From: Thermoanaerobaculia bacterium
GTDB lineage: Bacteria > Acidobacteriota > Thermoanaerobaculia > Multivoradales > UBA5704
Direction of reading: 5' to 3'
NCBI GenBank assembly: GCA_035949675.1
Contig: DASZHY010000092.1
Span: 3,851-67,850 of the forward strand
DNA length: 64,000 nucleotides
Shown here: piece by piece, positions 1 through 8,304 of the stretch
Numbering within the stretch: position 1 is the stretch's first letter
Layout of the letters: each line of letters begins with the position of its first letter
Translations under genes and position numbers: made by a program
Notes under the pieces: generated by a model
The model's database searches: none
What the model saw: the letters and a program-made list of their open reading frames with translations, nothing else
What the model was told of the DNA's origin: nothing

Positions 1-159
1 GCTTCCACCGGCCTCGCGCCAGGCACGGTCCTCGGCGCGCTGCTCGAGCTCGAGATCGCCGGCAAGGTCGAGCGCCTGCTCGGGAGCGTCTGGCGGCTGG
101 CGAAGACCCGCCGGCGCCACCGGCGAGCGGCGGCGCGGACGGGCGCGCGGGCGCCATGA
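1..159 (+). CDS. dprA: 3' end of DNA-processing protein DprA (partial, continues upstream of window)
   Basis: Frame 1 translates to ...ASTGLAPGTVLGALLELEIAGKVERLLGSVWRLAKTRRRH...* which resembles a DprA C-terminal winged-helix tail. dprA directly upstream of topA is a widely conserved arrangement (smf-topA in Bacillus). Confidence 0.55.
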   Translation, partial: ASTGLAPGTVLGALLELEIAGKVERLLGSVWRLAKTRRRHRRAAARTGARAP

Positions 160-305
160 CGCCGAGTTGGCCGCGGACCACGCCAAATCGCGGCACTCCC
201 TGCAGGTCGCAACCTTCCTTGCGGCCGCCGCCGGGCCGGTGGTACTGTCCGCGCTCCGAGCCGTCCGGCCCAGCACACTAAGAAATAAGGAGGCGCCTCG
301 CGGCG

Positions 306-2741
306 TTGGTAAGCACCGTGGCCAAGAACCTGTTGATCGTCGAAAGCCCCGCCAAGACCCGGACGCTGAAGAAGTTCCTGGGCAAGCAGTACGCCGTCGA
401 GGCGTCGGTCGGACACATCCGTGACCTGGTCAAGAAGGACATGGGGATCGGGCCGCACTACGAGCCGCACTACGAGGTGCTCGCCAACAAGCGCGAGATC
501 GTCAAGAAGCTGCGCCAGGCCGCCAAGCAAGCGGACACCGTCTACCTGGCCCCCGACCCCGACCGTGAGGGCGAGGCGATCGCCTGGCACATCTTCGAGG
601 TGCTCGGCAAGGAGCCGAAGGACGTCCGGCGGGTGACCTTCAACGAGATCACCAAGCACGCCGTGTTGCAGGCGCTCGAGCAGCCCGGCGACATCGACTT
701 CAAGAAGGTCGACGCCCAGCAGGCGCGGCGCGTGCTCGACCGGCTGATGGGATTCCGCCTGTCGCCGCTGCTGTGGGAAAAGGTCAAGCAAGGGCTCTCG
801 GCGGGCCGCGTGCAGTCCGTGGCCCTCAAGATGGTCTGCGACCGGCAGGCCGAGATCGAGGCCTTCGTGCCGCAGGAGTACTGGAACATCGCCGCCGAGC
901 TGGCGGCCGGCGTGCCGCCGCCCTTCACCGCCCGCCTGCACCGCGTCAATGGGGAGAAGGGTAAGAAGGCCGAGGTGGGCAACGGCGAGCAGGCCGCCGC
1001 CATCGTCCGCGATCTCGAGGCCGGCACCTATGTAGTGCGGACCGTCGAGCGCAAGGAGGCGCAGCAGAAGCCGGGCGCCCCGTTCATCACCAGCCGGCTG
1101 CAGCAGGAGGCGGCCAAGCGCTTCGGCTTCTCGGTCAAGCGGACCATGGCGCTCGCGCAGGGCCTCTACGAGGGGCGTGAGATCGGCGACCGCGGCGCGG
1201 TCGGCCTGATCACCTACATGCGCACCGACTCCACGCGGGTGAGCGAGGAGGCGCTGGTCGCGGCGCGCGAGCTGATCGCCGCCACCTACGGCCCTGAGCT
1301 GCTTCCCGAAACCGCCAACCGCTACGCCTCGAAGAAGGGGGCGCAGGACGCCCACGAGGCGATCCGGCCCACCACCTTCGAGCTGCCGCCGGAGGCCGTC
1401 AAGGATTACCTCAAGGCCGACGAGTGGAAGCTCTACAAGCTGATCTGGGAACGCTTCATCGGCTCGCAGATGGTACCGGCGCTCTTCGACGTGACCCAGG
1501 TGGACGTCGCGTGCGGCAAGTACACCCTGCGCGTATCGGGGCGGGTGCTGAAGCGCCCCGGTTTCCTCGCCGTCTACCGCGAGACGCCCGACGAGGATGG
1601 CGCCGCCGCCGCCCCGGCGGGAAACGGCAACGGCAATGGCGACGATCTCGGGGCCGCCCCGGCCTCCCTGCAAGCAGGCGCGGCCCTGCCGCCGCTGCGC
1701 GAAGGCGAGGCGCTCGAGCTGCGGCGGGTGGTCAGCGAGCAGAAGTTCACCCAGCCGGCCGCCCAGTACAACGAGGCCACCCTGGTCAAGGCCCTCGAGG
1801 AGAACGGCATCGGCCGCCCCTCGACCTACGCCAGCATCCTCGCCACGCTGAGCGAGCGGGACTACGCGGAGAAAGTGGACGGGCGCTTCCGGCCCTCCGC
1901 CCTCGGCCGGCTGGTCAACGGCATGCTGCAGCAGGGCTTCCACGACATCCTCAACGAGGGCTACACCGCGGCGCTCGAGGGGCAGCTCGACGAGATCGAG
2001 GAGGGGAATCTCGACTGGCGGCAGGCGGTCGCCAACTTCGACGAGAAGTTCTCGCAGGACCTCGAGGCCGCCGGCGAGCAGATGCCCAACGTCAAGCGCG
2101 AGGGCGTGCCGCTCGACGAGAAGTGTCCCGAATGCGGGTCGCAGCTGCTGATGCGTTTCGGCCGCTACGGCACCTTCGTGGGTTGCAGCACCTATCCGGC
2201 ATGCAAGTACACCCGTGACCTGGAGCCCGCCGGGGCCACGGGCGCCGCGGGAACGCCCGCCGGCGACGGCGGCGCGCAGACCGCGGCCGGCGGCGCGGCC
2301 GGCGATCCGGGGTCGGGCGGCGCCGCTCAGGCGAATGGCACGGCCGCCGAGGAGATCCCTCCCTGCGAGGAGTGCGGCAGGCCGATGGCGCTGCGCCGCA
2401 GCCGCTTTGGCACCTTCTATGGCTGCACCGGCTATCCGGAGTGCAAGGGCATCCGCAAGACCGGTCCCAAGGCCGAGCCTCCGAAGCCGACCGGGGTCGC
2501 CTGTCCGGAGTGCGGCAAGGGCGAGATCGAGGAGAAGCGGTCCCGCCGCGGCAAGCTCTTCTACTCGTGCAACCGCTATCCCGACTGCAAGTTCGCGTTG
2601 TGGAACCGGCCCGTCCAGAAGCCCTGTCCCGACTGCGGCGCCCCCTTCCTGCTGGAGAAGACCACGAAGCGAGCCGGCACCCGCCTGGTCTGCAACACTC
2701 CGGGCTGCGGCCACTCCGAGTCGGTCGAACCCGCGGCCTGA
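306..2741 (+). CDS. topA: DNA topoisomerase I
   Basis: 811-aa ORF with a Toprim N-terminus (LLIVESPAKTRTLKKFLG) and the catalytic region RLQQEAAKRFGFS. It carries four C-terminal CxxC...CxxC zinc-ribbon repeats. Confidence 0.95.
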   Translation: MVSTVAKNLLIVESPAKTRTLKKFLGKQYAVEASVGHIRDLVKKDMGIGPHYEPHYEVLANKREIVKKLRQAAKQADTVYLAPDPDREGEAIAWHIFEVLGKEPKDVRRVTFNEITKHAVLQALEQPGDIDFKKVDAQQARRVLDRLMGFRLSPLLWEKVKQGLSAGRVQSVALKMVCDRQAEIEAFVPQEYWNIAAELAAGVPPPFTARLHRVNGEKGKKAEVGNGEQAAAIVRDLEAGTYVVRTVERKEAQQKPGAPFITSRLQQEAAKRFGFSVKRTMALAQGLYEGREIGDRGAVGLITYMRTDSTRVSEEALVAARELIAATYGPELLPETANRYASKKGAQDAHEAIRPTTFELPPEAVKDYLKADEWKLYKLIWERFIGSQMVPALFDVTQVDVACGKYTLRVSGRVLKRPGFLAVYRETPDEDGAAAAPAGNGNGNGDDLGAAPASLQAGAALPPLREGEALELRRVVSEQKFTQPAAQYNEATLVKALEENGIGRPSTYASILATLSERDYAEKVDGRFRPSALGRLVNGMLQQGFHDILNEGYTAALEGQLDEIEEGNLDWRQAVANFDEKFSQDLEAAGEQMPNVKREGVPLDEKCPECGSQLLMRFGRYGTFVGCSTYPACKYTRDLEPAGATGAAGTPAGDGGAQTAAGGAAGDPGSGGAAQANGTAAEEIPPCEECGRPMALRRSRFGTFYGCTGYPECKGIRKTGPKAEPPKPTGVACPECGKGEIEEKRSRRGKLFYSCNRYPDCKFALWNRPVQKPCPDCGAPFLLEKTTKRAGTRLVCNTPGCGHSESVEPAA

Positions 2742-2746
2742 GGGCG

Positions 2747-2836
2747 CCACCGGGCCTACTCCTACGGCCGGGCCTACTCCTACGGCCGGGCCTACTCCAC
2801 CCGGCCGGGCCTTTCCCCACCCGGCCGGGCCTGGGT
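2747..2836. repeat. Imperfect tandem repeat of about 19 bp (gggcctactcctacggccg, 4-5 units) immediately after the topA stop
   Basis: Direct reading gives ggcctactcctacggccgggcctactcctacggccgggcctactccacccggccgggcctttccccacccggccgggcctgg. Confidence 0.7.
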
Positions 2837-3129
2837 GTGCGCGGGGGCCCCTGGACGGCGACCTGACGGCTCGCCGAGGGTACGTGCCAAGATCCGCCGG
2901 TCTTGCCTCGCCGCTAGAGTCGCCGCCCCGGGACCCCCGCGCACGGCGGCCCTCCATCGTGCCCGCCGGTTACCAAGGTCTCTCCGAGTTTTGGTAGGTC
3001 AGTTTGCCGGTGACGACGGCGCGCTTCGATTCAAGACGTTGGATTCAAGTTGGTTCCTGAAGCCTGAGGTCCGATCATCTCGGGATTATGCACTCGACAA
3101 ACCCAACCTGATCGACATAGTTTAAGCAA

Positions 3130-3543
3130 ATGGACAGCGGCGCCCCTACCTTGAGCAGCAGCGACTTCACTTGGCATCTTGAACGTCGTGACGAAATGGT
3201 GGACGCCGGCGGTATGAACGCCGCTGGGGACCAGGGATTCCTGGTCTACGACCTGCACCTCGCGAGGTCCTTGATTGTGGAGAATCCTCGGGAGGTGCGG
3301 GTGCTAAGAGTCTCGACGCTGCCGGTACGTTGGCCGCTCGCCCCGCCAGTGGGAGACATGGATCCGGCATTCCCTCTCATCTTGGGAACTGAGGCCGGCC
3401 GACCACTGATTCTTGACGGGTTCCACCGTCTGGCGCGTGCTCGGCAGATGGGCATCGAGACGGTCAACGCGGTTGTCCTGACCGAAGCTGAGACGGGGCA
3501 GATCAGAAGCTTTCGGCCCTTCCGGACCTCGTCAGAGGATTAG
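3130..3543 (+). CDS. ParB/Srx-like nuclease-domain (ParBc) protein, 137 aa
   Basis: The motif PLILDGFHRLARARQMGIETVNAVVL matches the ParB N-terminal/sulfiredoxin-fold signature (idGhHRleAakklG..eIpavv). The gene lies in a region of clearly lower GC than its flanks. Confidence 0.5.
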   Translation: MDSGAPTLSSSDFTWHLERRDEMVDAGGMNAAGDQGFLVYDLHLARSLIVENPREVRVLRVSTLPVRWPLAPPVGDMDPAFPLILGTEAGRPLILDGFHRLARARQMGIETVNAVVLTEAETGQIRSFRPFRTSSED

Positions 3544-3938
3544 GACGGCGAGCAGAATCCTTTGACTCGAAGCAACGACAACTAAGGCCCCTGGATTCAC
3601 CCCTTCACGAAGCTCCCGAAGGCCGGGGAGCGGTGCGAGATCGCGGTGAAGGTGGAGCCTAGCGGGAGGGCAGTCCTACAATGGGGAGATTCTGGGCTAA
3701 CGACGACTTAGACGGTGCCAAGGCACGGGATCGAACTCAAGACCGCGACGACTCAACTAAGCGTCGGTCTGGTCTGACCAGGGCTTCCAATCTCCGAACT
3801 CGCGCACGCCGTAGACCTTTTTACCTTCGGGCAAACCCTCGTCTACTTCGAAGGCATGGCGAAACACCGTTGTGCAGAAGACGTAAGCCGGCCTCGGAAA
3901 GTTCCTTGAAGTTCATCTGGTCTCCTCATCTTGTGGGC

Positions 3939-4235
3939 ATGCTACTCTATGGCATGCCTTCCCGCGCAAGCAAGCCTCCACACCCCGAGAAGCCCCCCAA
4001 GCGACCCCGCGACATCAACCAGCTCGCCTACGCGCTCGTCGCGGAAGCGACAGGGACGGCGCCGCCTCCCAAGCCCGACCGGCCCAAGAACCCGGCCGCC
4101 GTGGCGCTCGGCCAGCTTGGGGCGTCGAAGGGGGGCCAGGCCCGCGCGGCGAAGCTGACTGCTGAGGAGCGAAGCGAGGTGGCCCGGAACGCGGCTCTGG
4201 CAAGGTGGGCAAGAAGGAGTGGCGATGGCAGCTGA
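3939..4235 (+). CDS. Small basic Ala/Lys-rich hypothetical protein (about 98 aa) with a KGGQARAAKLTAEERSEVARNAALARW motif
   Basis: The downstream half of track ORF 3681..4235 has coding character. Internal Met at 3939 or 3954 is the likely start. The 3' end overlaps the next gene by 17 nt, suggesting an operon. The upstream 3544..3938 looks non-coding (palindromes). Confidence 0.4.
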   Translation: MLLYGMPSRASKPPHPEKPPKRPRDINQLAYALVAEATGTAPPPKPDRPKNPAAVALGQLGASKGGQARAAKLTAEERSEVARNAALARWARRSGDGS

Positions 4236-5256
4236 AGATAGCTTGGACCTCCCTGATCTCGACAAGGCGATTGAGGCTTGTACCGTAGCCCAGAACGCCG
4301 ACATGTTCTCTTACAGCGGGCGCATCTACAGTAATGAGGCCAGCGACTTCATCAGCTATATTTTACGGAGAAAGAAGCATGACAACATTAATCTTGTTCT
4401 CACGACCTATGGAGGTGATGCTCACTCTGCCTATCGGCTCGCGCGCTCATTTCAGTATTTTTTCAAAACCATTAAGCTGCTCGTGGTTGGACCGTGCAAG
4501 AGCGCTGGAACTCTAGTCACAATCTGCGCACACGAGCTTGTCTTTGGACCATTCGGCGAGTTGGGGCCTCTAGATATCCAGGTGACCAAGAAGGATGACT
4601 TGGTCGCGGTCGGTTCTGGGCTAGATACCTTTCAGGCTCTTGCTATTCTGCAAACCCATGCCTTCTCGGCCTTTGAAGAGTACATGCTCTCGATCCTGGA
4701 CCGTAGCCAGGGTGCGATTTCCACCAAGACCGCATGTGATGTGGCCTGCCAGCTCGTAAGCGGAGTTTTTGGCCCGATCGCCGCTCAAATTGACCCGCAA
4801 AAGATGGGCGAGATGCAGCGCCAGATAGATATTGCAAAGGCATACGGAGAGCGGATCGGAAAGCACAACCTAAGAGGGGATGCACTAGATCAGCTCGTCA
4901 GAGATTATCCGTCTCATTCGTTCATCATTGACTACAAGGAGGCTCGGCGCCTCTTTAAAAAGGTTTCTAGGATTACCGCCGAGGAAGTTGTGGTCATGCG
5001 GGCGCTTCAGAATAAGGGGGCTTGCGTTTTCAGACCCGGCGATGATATCGTCTTTAGCGATGTGTCTGAGCTGACCTCTGAGACTCAGGAGGCCGAAAAT
5101 GAAGCAGCCAGTGGAGACACTAAAGATCCTGGATCGAATGACGCGGGAGCGCCGGGCGACCCTCAGTCGCCAACGGGGGAGGGAGCGCAAGGGGTGCCAG
5201 CCGGAGGAGAGAAGTCCGGACCCCGTAAGCCGCGAAGGAAAGTGGGACCTCTGTAG
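4219..5256 (+). CDS. ClpP/crotonase-fold serine peptidase, SDH (serine dehydrogenase proteinase)/S49-like family
   Basis: The segment LVLTTYGGDAHSAYRLARSF...LLVVGPCKSAGTLVTICAHELVFGP aligns with the ClpP INSPGG and AASMG nucleophile region. GC is about 45-50% against about 70% in the flanks. The C-terminus is acidic and Gly/Pro-rich. Confidence 0.55.
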   Translation: MAMAAEDSLDLPDLDKAIEACTVAQNADMFSYSGRIYSNEASDFISYILRRKKHDNINLVLTTYGGDAHSAYRLARSFQYFFKTIKLLVVGPCKSAGTLVTICAHELVFGPFGELGPLDIQVTKKDDLVAVGSGLDTFQALAILQTHAFSAFEEYMLSILDRSQGAISTKTACDVACQLVSGVFGPIAAQIDPQKMGEMQRQIDIAKAYGERIGKHNLRGDALDQLVRDYPSHSFIIDYKEARRLFKKVSRITAEEVVVMRALQNKGACVFRPGDDIVFSDVSELTSETQEAENEAASGDTKDPGSNDAGAPGDPQSPTGEGAQGVPAGGEKSGPRKPRRKVGPL

Positions 5257-5330
5257 CGAGAAAGAGCAAGCGCAAGCAGTAGCTACAACACTAGACAACT
5301 AACCACTCTAAAGGCCGTTTCCTCTTCTAA

Positions 5331-5368
5331 GCGCCCCGTCCTCTTCCAAGGACGGGGCGCTTGCGCGT
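5331..5368 (+). terminator. Rho-independent-type terminator hairpin after the peptidase gene
   Basis: A perfect 11-bp stem GCGCCCCGTCC with loop tcttccaa and GGACGGGGCGC is followed by TTGCGCGTTTGGGG. Confidence 0.5.
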
Positions 5369-5375
5369 TTGGGGC

Positions 5376-5404
5376 TTGACTTTTCTTTCGCGGGCAAGCA
5401 TAAT
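5376..5404 (+). promoter_or_regulatory. Sigma70-like promoter for the transposase gene (TTGACT-17-CATAAT)
   Basis: TTGACT at 5376-5381, a 17-nt spacer and CATAAT at 5399-5404. The ATG at 5412 lies about 7 nt downstream of the -10, implying a leaderless or very short-leader mRNA. Confidence 0.45.
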
Positions 5405-5411
5405 GGTCAGT

Positions 5412-6266
5412 ATGGTGAACGTACTGAGTAGCTCCCGCCGCGCCTCCGTCGTCTCCGCCCTGGTGGAGGGCAACTCGATCCGCTCCACCGTCCGCATAAC
5501 CGGGGTGGCGAAGAACACCATCGCCAGGCTCGCCCTTGAGCTTGGGGCGGCCTGTGCGCGCTACCAGGATGAGGTGCTGCGCGAGCTGCCCTGCCAGCGC
5601 CTAGAGGTGGACGAGCTGTGGGGCTTCTGCTACGCCAAGCAGAAGAACGTCCCGGCCGCCAAGGCTGGCGTGCTCGGCTACGGCGACGTGTGGACCTTCA
5701 TCGCCATCGACGCGGACACCAAGCTCTGCCCGTCTTTCGTGGTTGGCTCCCGGGACGGCGGCACGGCGACCCACTTCTGCCAGGACCTCGGCAGCCGGAT
5801 GGCGAACCGCGTCCAGTTCACCACGGACGGCCACAAGATGTACCTTGAGGCCGTAGAGGCGGGCTTCGGCGGCTACGTAGACTACGCCATGCTTCAGAAG
5901 ATCTACGCCTCTCCCTCGGTCGAAGGGCAGAAGCGCTACAGCCCGGCCGAGTGCACCGGCTGCAAGCGGGAACTCATCCAGGGCCGCCCTGATCCCAAGC
6001 TTGCAAGCACCAGCTACATTGAGCGCCAGAACCTCATGGTCCGCATGAGCATGCGGCGCTTCACCCGGTTGACCAACGCCTTCGCCAAGAAGGTCGAGAA
6101 CCTGGCCGCCGCCGTGGCGATCCACTTCATGCACTACAACTTCTGCCGGCCGCACATGAGCTTGAAGGGCAAGACTCCCGCCCAGGCGGCCGGCGTGACC
6201 TCTCGCCGCTGGACGGTCGAGGACCTGATCCGGCTGCTGGAAGAGGCCGAAAATCCAAGAACTTGA
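5412..6266 (+). mobile_element. IS transposase, IS1-like (InsA-type HTH fused to InsB-like DDE domain)
   Basis: An N-terminal HTH (NSIRSTVRITGVAKNTIARL) is followed by a DDE region DELWGFCYAKQKNV...WTFIAIDADTKL...TTDGHKMY and an IS1 InsB-like tail RQNLMVRMSMRRFTRLTNAFAKKVENLAAAVAIHFMHYNF. Terminal inverted repeats were not resolved by eye. Confidence 0.7.
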
Positions 6267-6331
6267 AACTGGCCCACTACCCGAGTTTTCCTTACCTGAA
6301 AAACAACCTCCACAACGGCTAGAATCACGCG

Positions 6332-6835
6332 ATGAGCGACAATTCCAAAGACCGGGAGTCCGCACTGCGCGAGCACCTCGTCGAGCTGCTCCAGGGCGAG
6401 CATGCCCATGTCGGCTTCGCCGCAACGTTGCGCGACGTGCCGCCGGGGCTGCGCGGCGCCAGGCCTGACGGCGTCGAGCATTCCTTGTGGCAGCTGCTCG
6501 AGCACCTGCGCCTGGCACAGTGGGACATCCTCGAGTTCAGCCGCGATCCTTCGCATGTCTCGCCGGAGTGGCCCGCCGGTTACTGGCCGGCCGGCCCCGA
6601 GCCCTCCGACGATGCCGCCTGGGACGGCGCCATTGCCGCCTTCACCAGGGACGTCGAGGCGATGGCGCGCCTGGTCGCCGATCCGGCGTCCGACCTGCTC
6701 GCGCCGTTCCCTCACGGCAAGGGCCAGACCCTGCTGCGCGAGGCGATGCTCGCCGCCGACCACAACGCCTACCATCTCGGGCAGATCGTCGCCCTGCGCC
6801 GGCTGCTCGCCGACTGGCCGCCGGCAGAGCGGTAG
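6332..6835 (+). CDS. DinB/YfiT-like (DinB_2) metal-dependent hydrolase family protein
   Basis: 167 aa with the family-typical pattern WQLLEHLRLAQWDILEF...DHNAYHLGQIVALRRLL. Confidence 0.75.
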   Translation: MSDNSKDRESALREHLVELLQGEHAHVGFAATLRDVPPGLRGARPDGVEHSLWQLLEHLRLAQWDILEFSRDPSHVSPEWPAGYWPAGPEPSDDAAWDGAIAAFTRDVEAMARLVADPASDLLAPFPHGKGQTLLREAMLAADHNAYHLGQIVALRRLLADWPPAER

Positions 6836-6849
6836 AGGCCGCTCCGCGG

Positions 6850-8304
6850 ATGCCGGATCCCGTGCACGTCGTGGGCGGCGGCCTGGCGGGCTCGGAGTGC
6901 GCCTACCAGCTCGCCCGGCGGGGGGTGCCGGTGGTGCTGCACGAGATGCGGCCGCTGCAGCCGACGCCGGCGCACAAGACCGGCGACCTGGCGGAGCTGG
7001 TGTGCAGCAACTCGCTGCGCAGCGACGACCCGCTGCACGCCGCCGGGCTGCTCAAGCGTGAGATGGAGGCCTTCGATTCCCTCATCATCGCCGCGGCGCG
7101 TGCCGCCGCGGTGCCGGCGGGGAGCGCCCTGGCCGTCGATCGCGAGCGGTTCGCCGCCCACGTCACCGCCACCCTTGCCGGCCAGCCCGGAGTGGAGATG
7201 CGGCGCGAAGAGGTGACCGACCTCGCCTTTGGCCCTGACGGCGCCGGCCGCAGCGAGCTGGTGATCGCCACTGGCCCGCTGACCTCGCCGGCGATGGCGG
7301 CGGCGCTGCAGCGCCTGCTGGGCAGCGAATACCTCTACTTCTACGATGCCATCGCACCGATCGTCGAGGCCGAGAGCCTCGACGTGGGCCGCCTCTTCTG
7401 GCAGTCGCGCTACGGCAAGGGCGGCGGCGACGACTACCTCAACGCGCCGCTCGACCGCCAGTGTTACGAGCAGTTCCATGCCGCGCTGCTCGCCGCCGAG
7501 GTGCTGGTGCCGCACGAGTTCGAGCAGGCGATCTTCTTCGAGGGATGCCTGCCGATCGAGGAGCTGGCGCGCCGCGGCGCCGACACCCTGCGGTACGGCC
7601 CGATGAAGCCGGTGGGGCTGCACGGCCCCGACGGCCGGCGCCCCTGGGCGGTCGTGCAGATGCGCCAGGAAACGCTGGCGCGGCGCCAGTTCAACCTGGT
7701 CGGCTTCCAGTCGCGGATGAAGTGGGGGGAGCAGCAGCGGGTGCTGCGCCTCATCCCCGGCCTCGAGCAGGCGGAGTTCGTCCGCTTCGGCCAGATTCAC
7801 CGCAACACCTTCATCAACGCGCCGCGCCACCTCGACGCCTTCTACCGCGTGCGGAGCGCGCCGCGGGTGCGCCTCGCCGGCCAGATCACCGGCGTCGAGG
7901 GCTACCTCGAGTCGGCGGCAACCGGGCTGGCGATCGGGCTCTACCTGAGCCTCGAGCGGCAGGGGCGGCCGGCCGAGCCCTTGCCCGCCGCGACCGCCCT
8001 GGGATCCCTGGCCCGCCACCTCACCGAGTCCGATCCGCGGCATTTCCAGCCGGCCAACGTCAACTACGGTCTGTTCCCCGAGCTCGGGGAGGCGGCGGCG
8101 CCGCGGCGGCGCCGATCGCTGGCGGCGCCGGCGTCACCGGCGTCCCTGCGCGGCGCGCAGGGACGCCGCGCCGCCTTCGCCGCCCGCGCCGTCCGCGAGC
8201 TGGCCGCCTGGGCCGCCCGCCACCACGTGGCGCTGCGGCGCGAGCCGCTGGCCGCCGCGGCGGGCGAGGACCAGGAGGTCGCGGAGGCGCTGTGCGCCGG
8301 CTGA
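6850..8304 (+). CDS. trmFO: Methylenetetrahydrofolate--tRNA-(uracil54-C5)-methyltransferase TrmFO (Gid)
   Basis: MPDPVHVVGGGLAGSECAYQLARRGVPVVLHEMRP...VCSNSLRSDD is the canonical TrmFO N-terminus. The in-frame ATG at 6850 lies inside the longer track ORF 6487..8304. An Ala/Arg-rich C-terminal extension of about 45 aa is present. Confidence 0.9.
   Translation: MPDPVHVVGGGLAGSECAYQLARRGVPVVLHEMRPLQPTPAHKTGDLAELVCSNSLRSDDPLHAAGLLKREMEAFDSLIIAAARAAAVPAGSALAVDRERFAAHVTATLAGQPGVEMRREEVTDLAFGPDGAGRSELVIATGPLTSPAMAAALQRLLGSEYLYFYDAIAPIVEAESLDVGRLFWQSRYGKGGGDDYLNAPLDRQCYEQFHAALLAAEVLVPHEFEQAIFFEGCLPIEELARRGADTLRYGPMKPVGLHGPDGRRPWAVVQMRQETLARRQFNLVGFQSRMKWGEQQRVLRLIPGLEQAEFVRFGQIHRNTFINAPRHLDAFYRVRSAPRVRLAGQITGVEGYLESAATGLAIGLYLSLERQGRPAEPLPAATALGSLARHLTESDPRHFQPANVNYGLFPELGEAAAPRRRRSLAAPASPASLRGAQGRRAAFAARAVRELAAWAARHHVALRREPLAAAAGEDQEVAEALCAG

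Noticed and set aside
1424-2997. Overlapping ORFs inside and after topA (1424..2218, 2092..2820, 2215..2997, 2372..2866)
   Set aside because: These are alternative frames of topA or of the tandem-repeat tail. They have no homology signal and are Pro/Arg/Ala-rich artefacts.
3706-3800. Possible complete tRNA gene on the minus strand
   Set aside because: Only the 3' part (T-loop, acceptor 3' strand) is recognizable. I could not pair a 5' acceptor strand, D-arm or anticodon arm. I treat it as a fragment, reported as a finding, and not as a gene.
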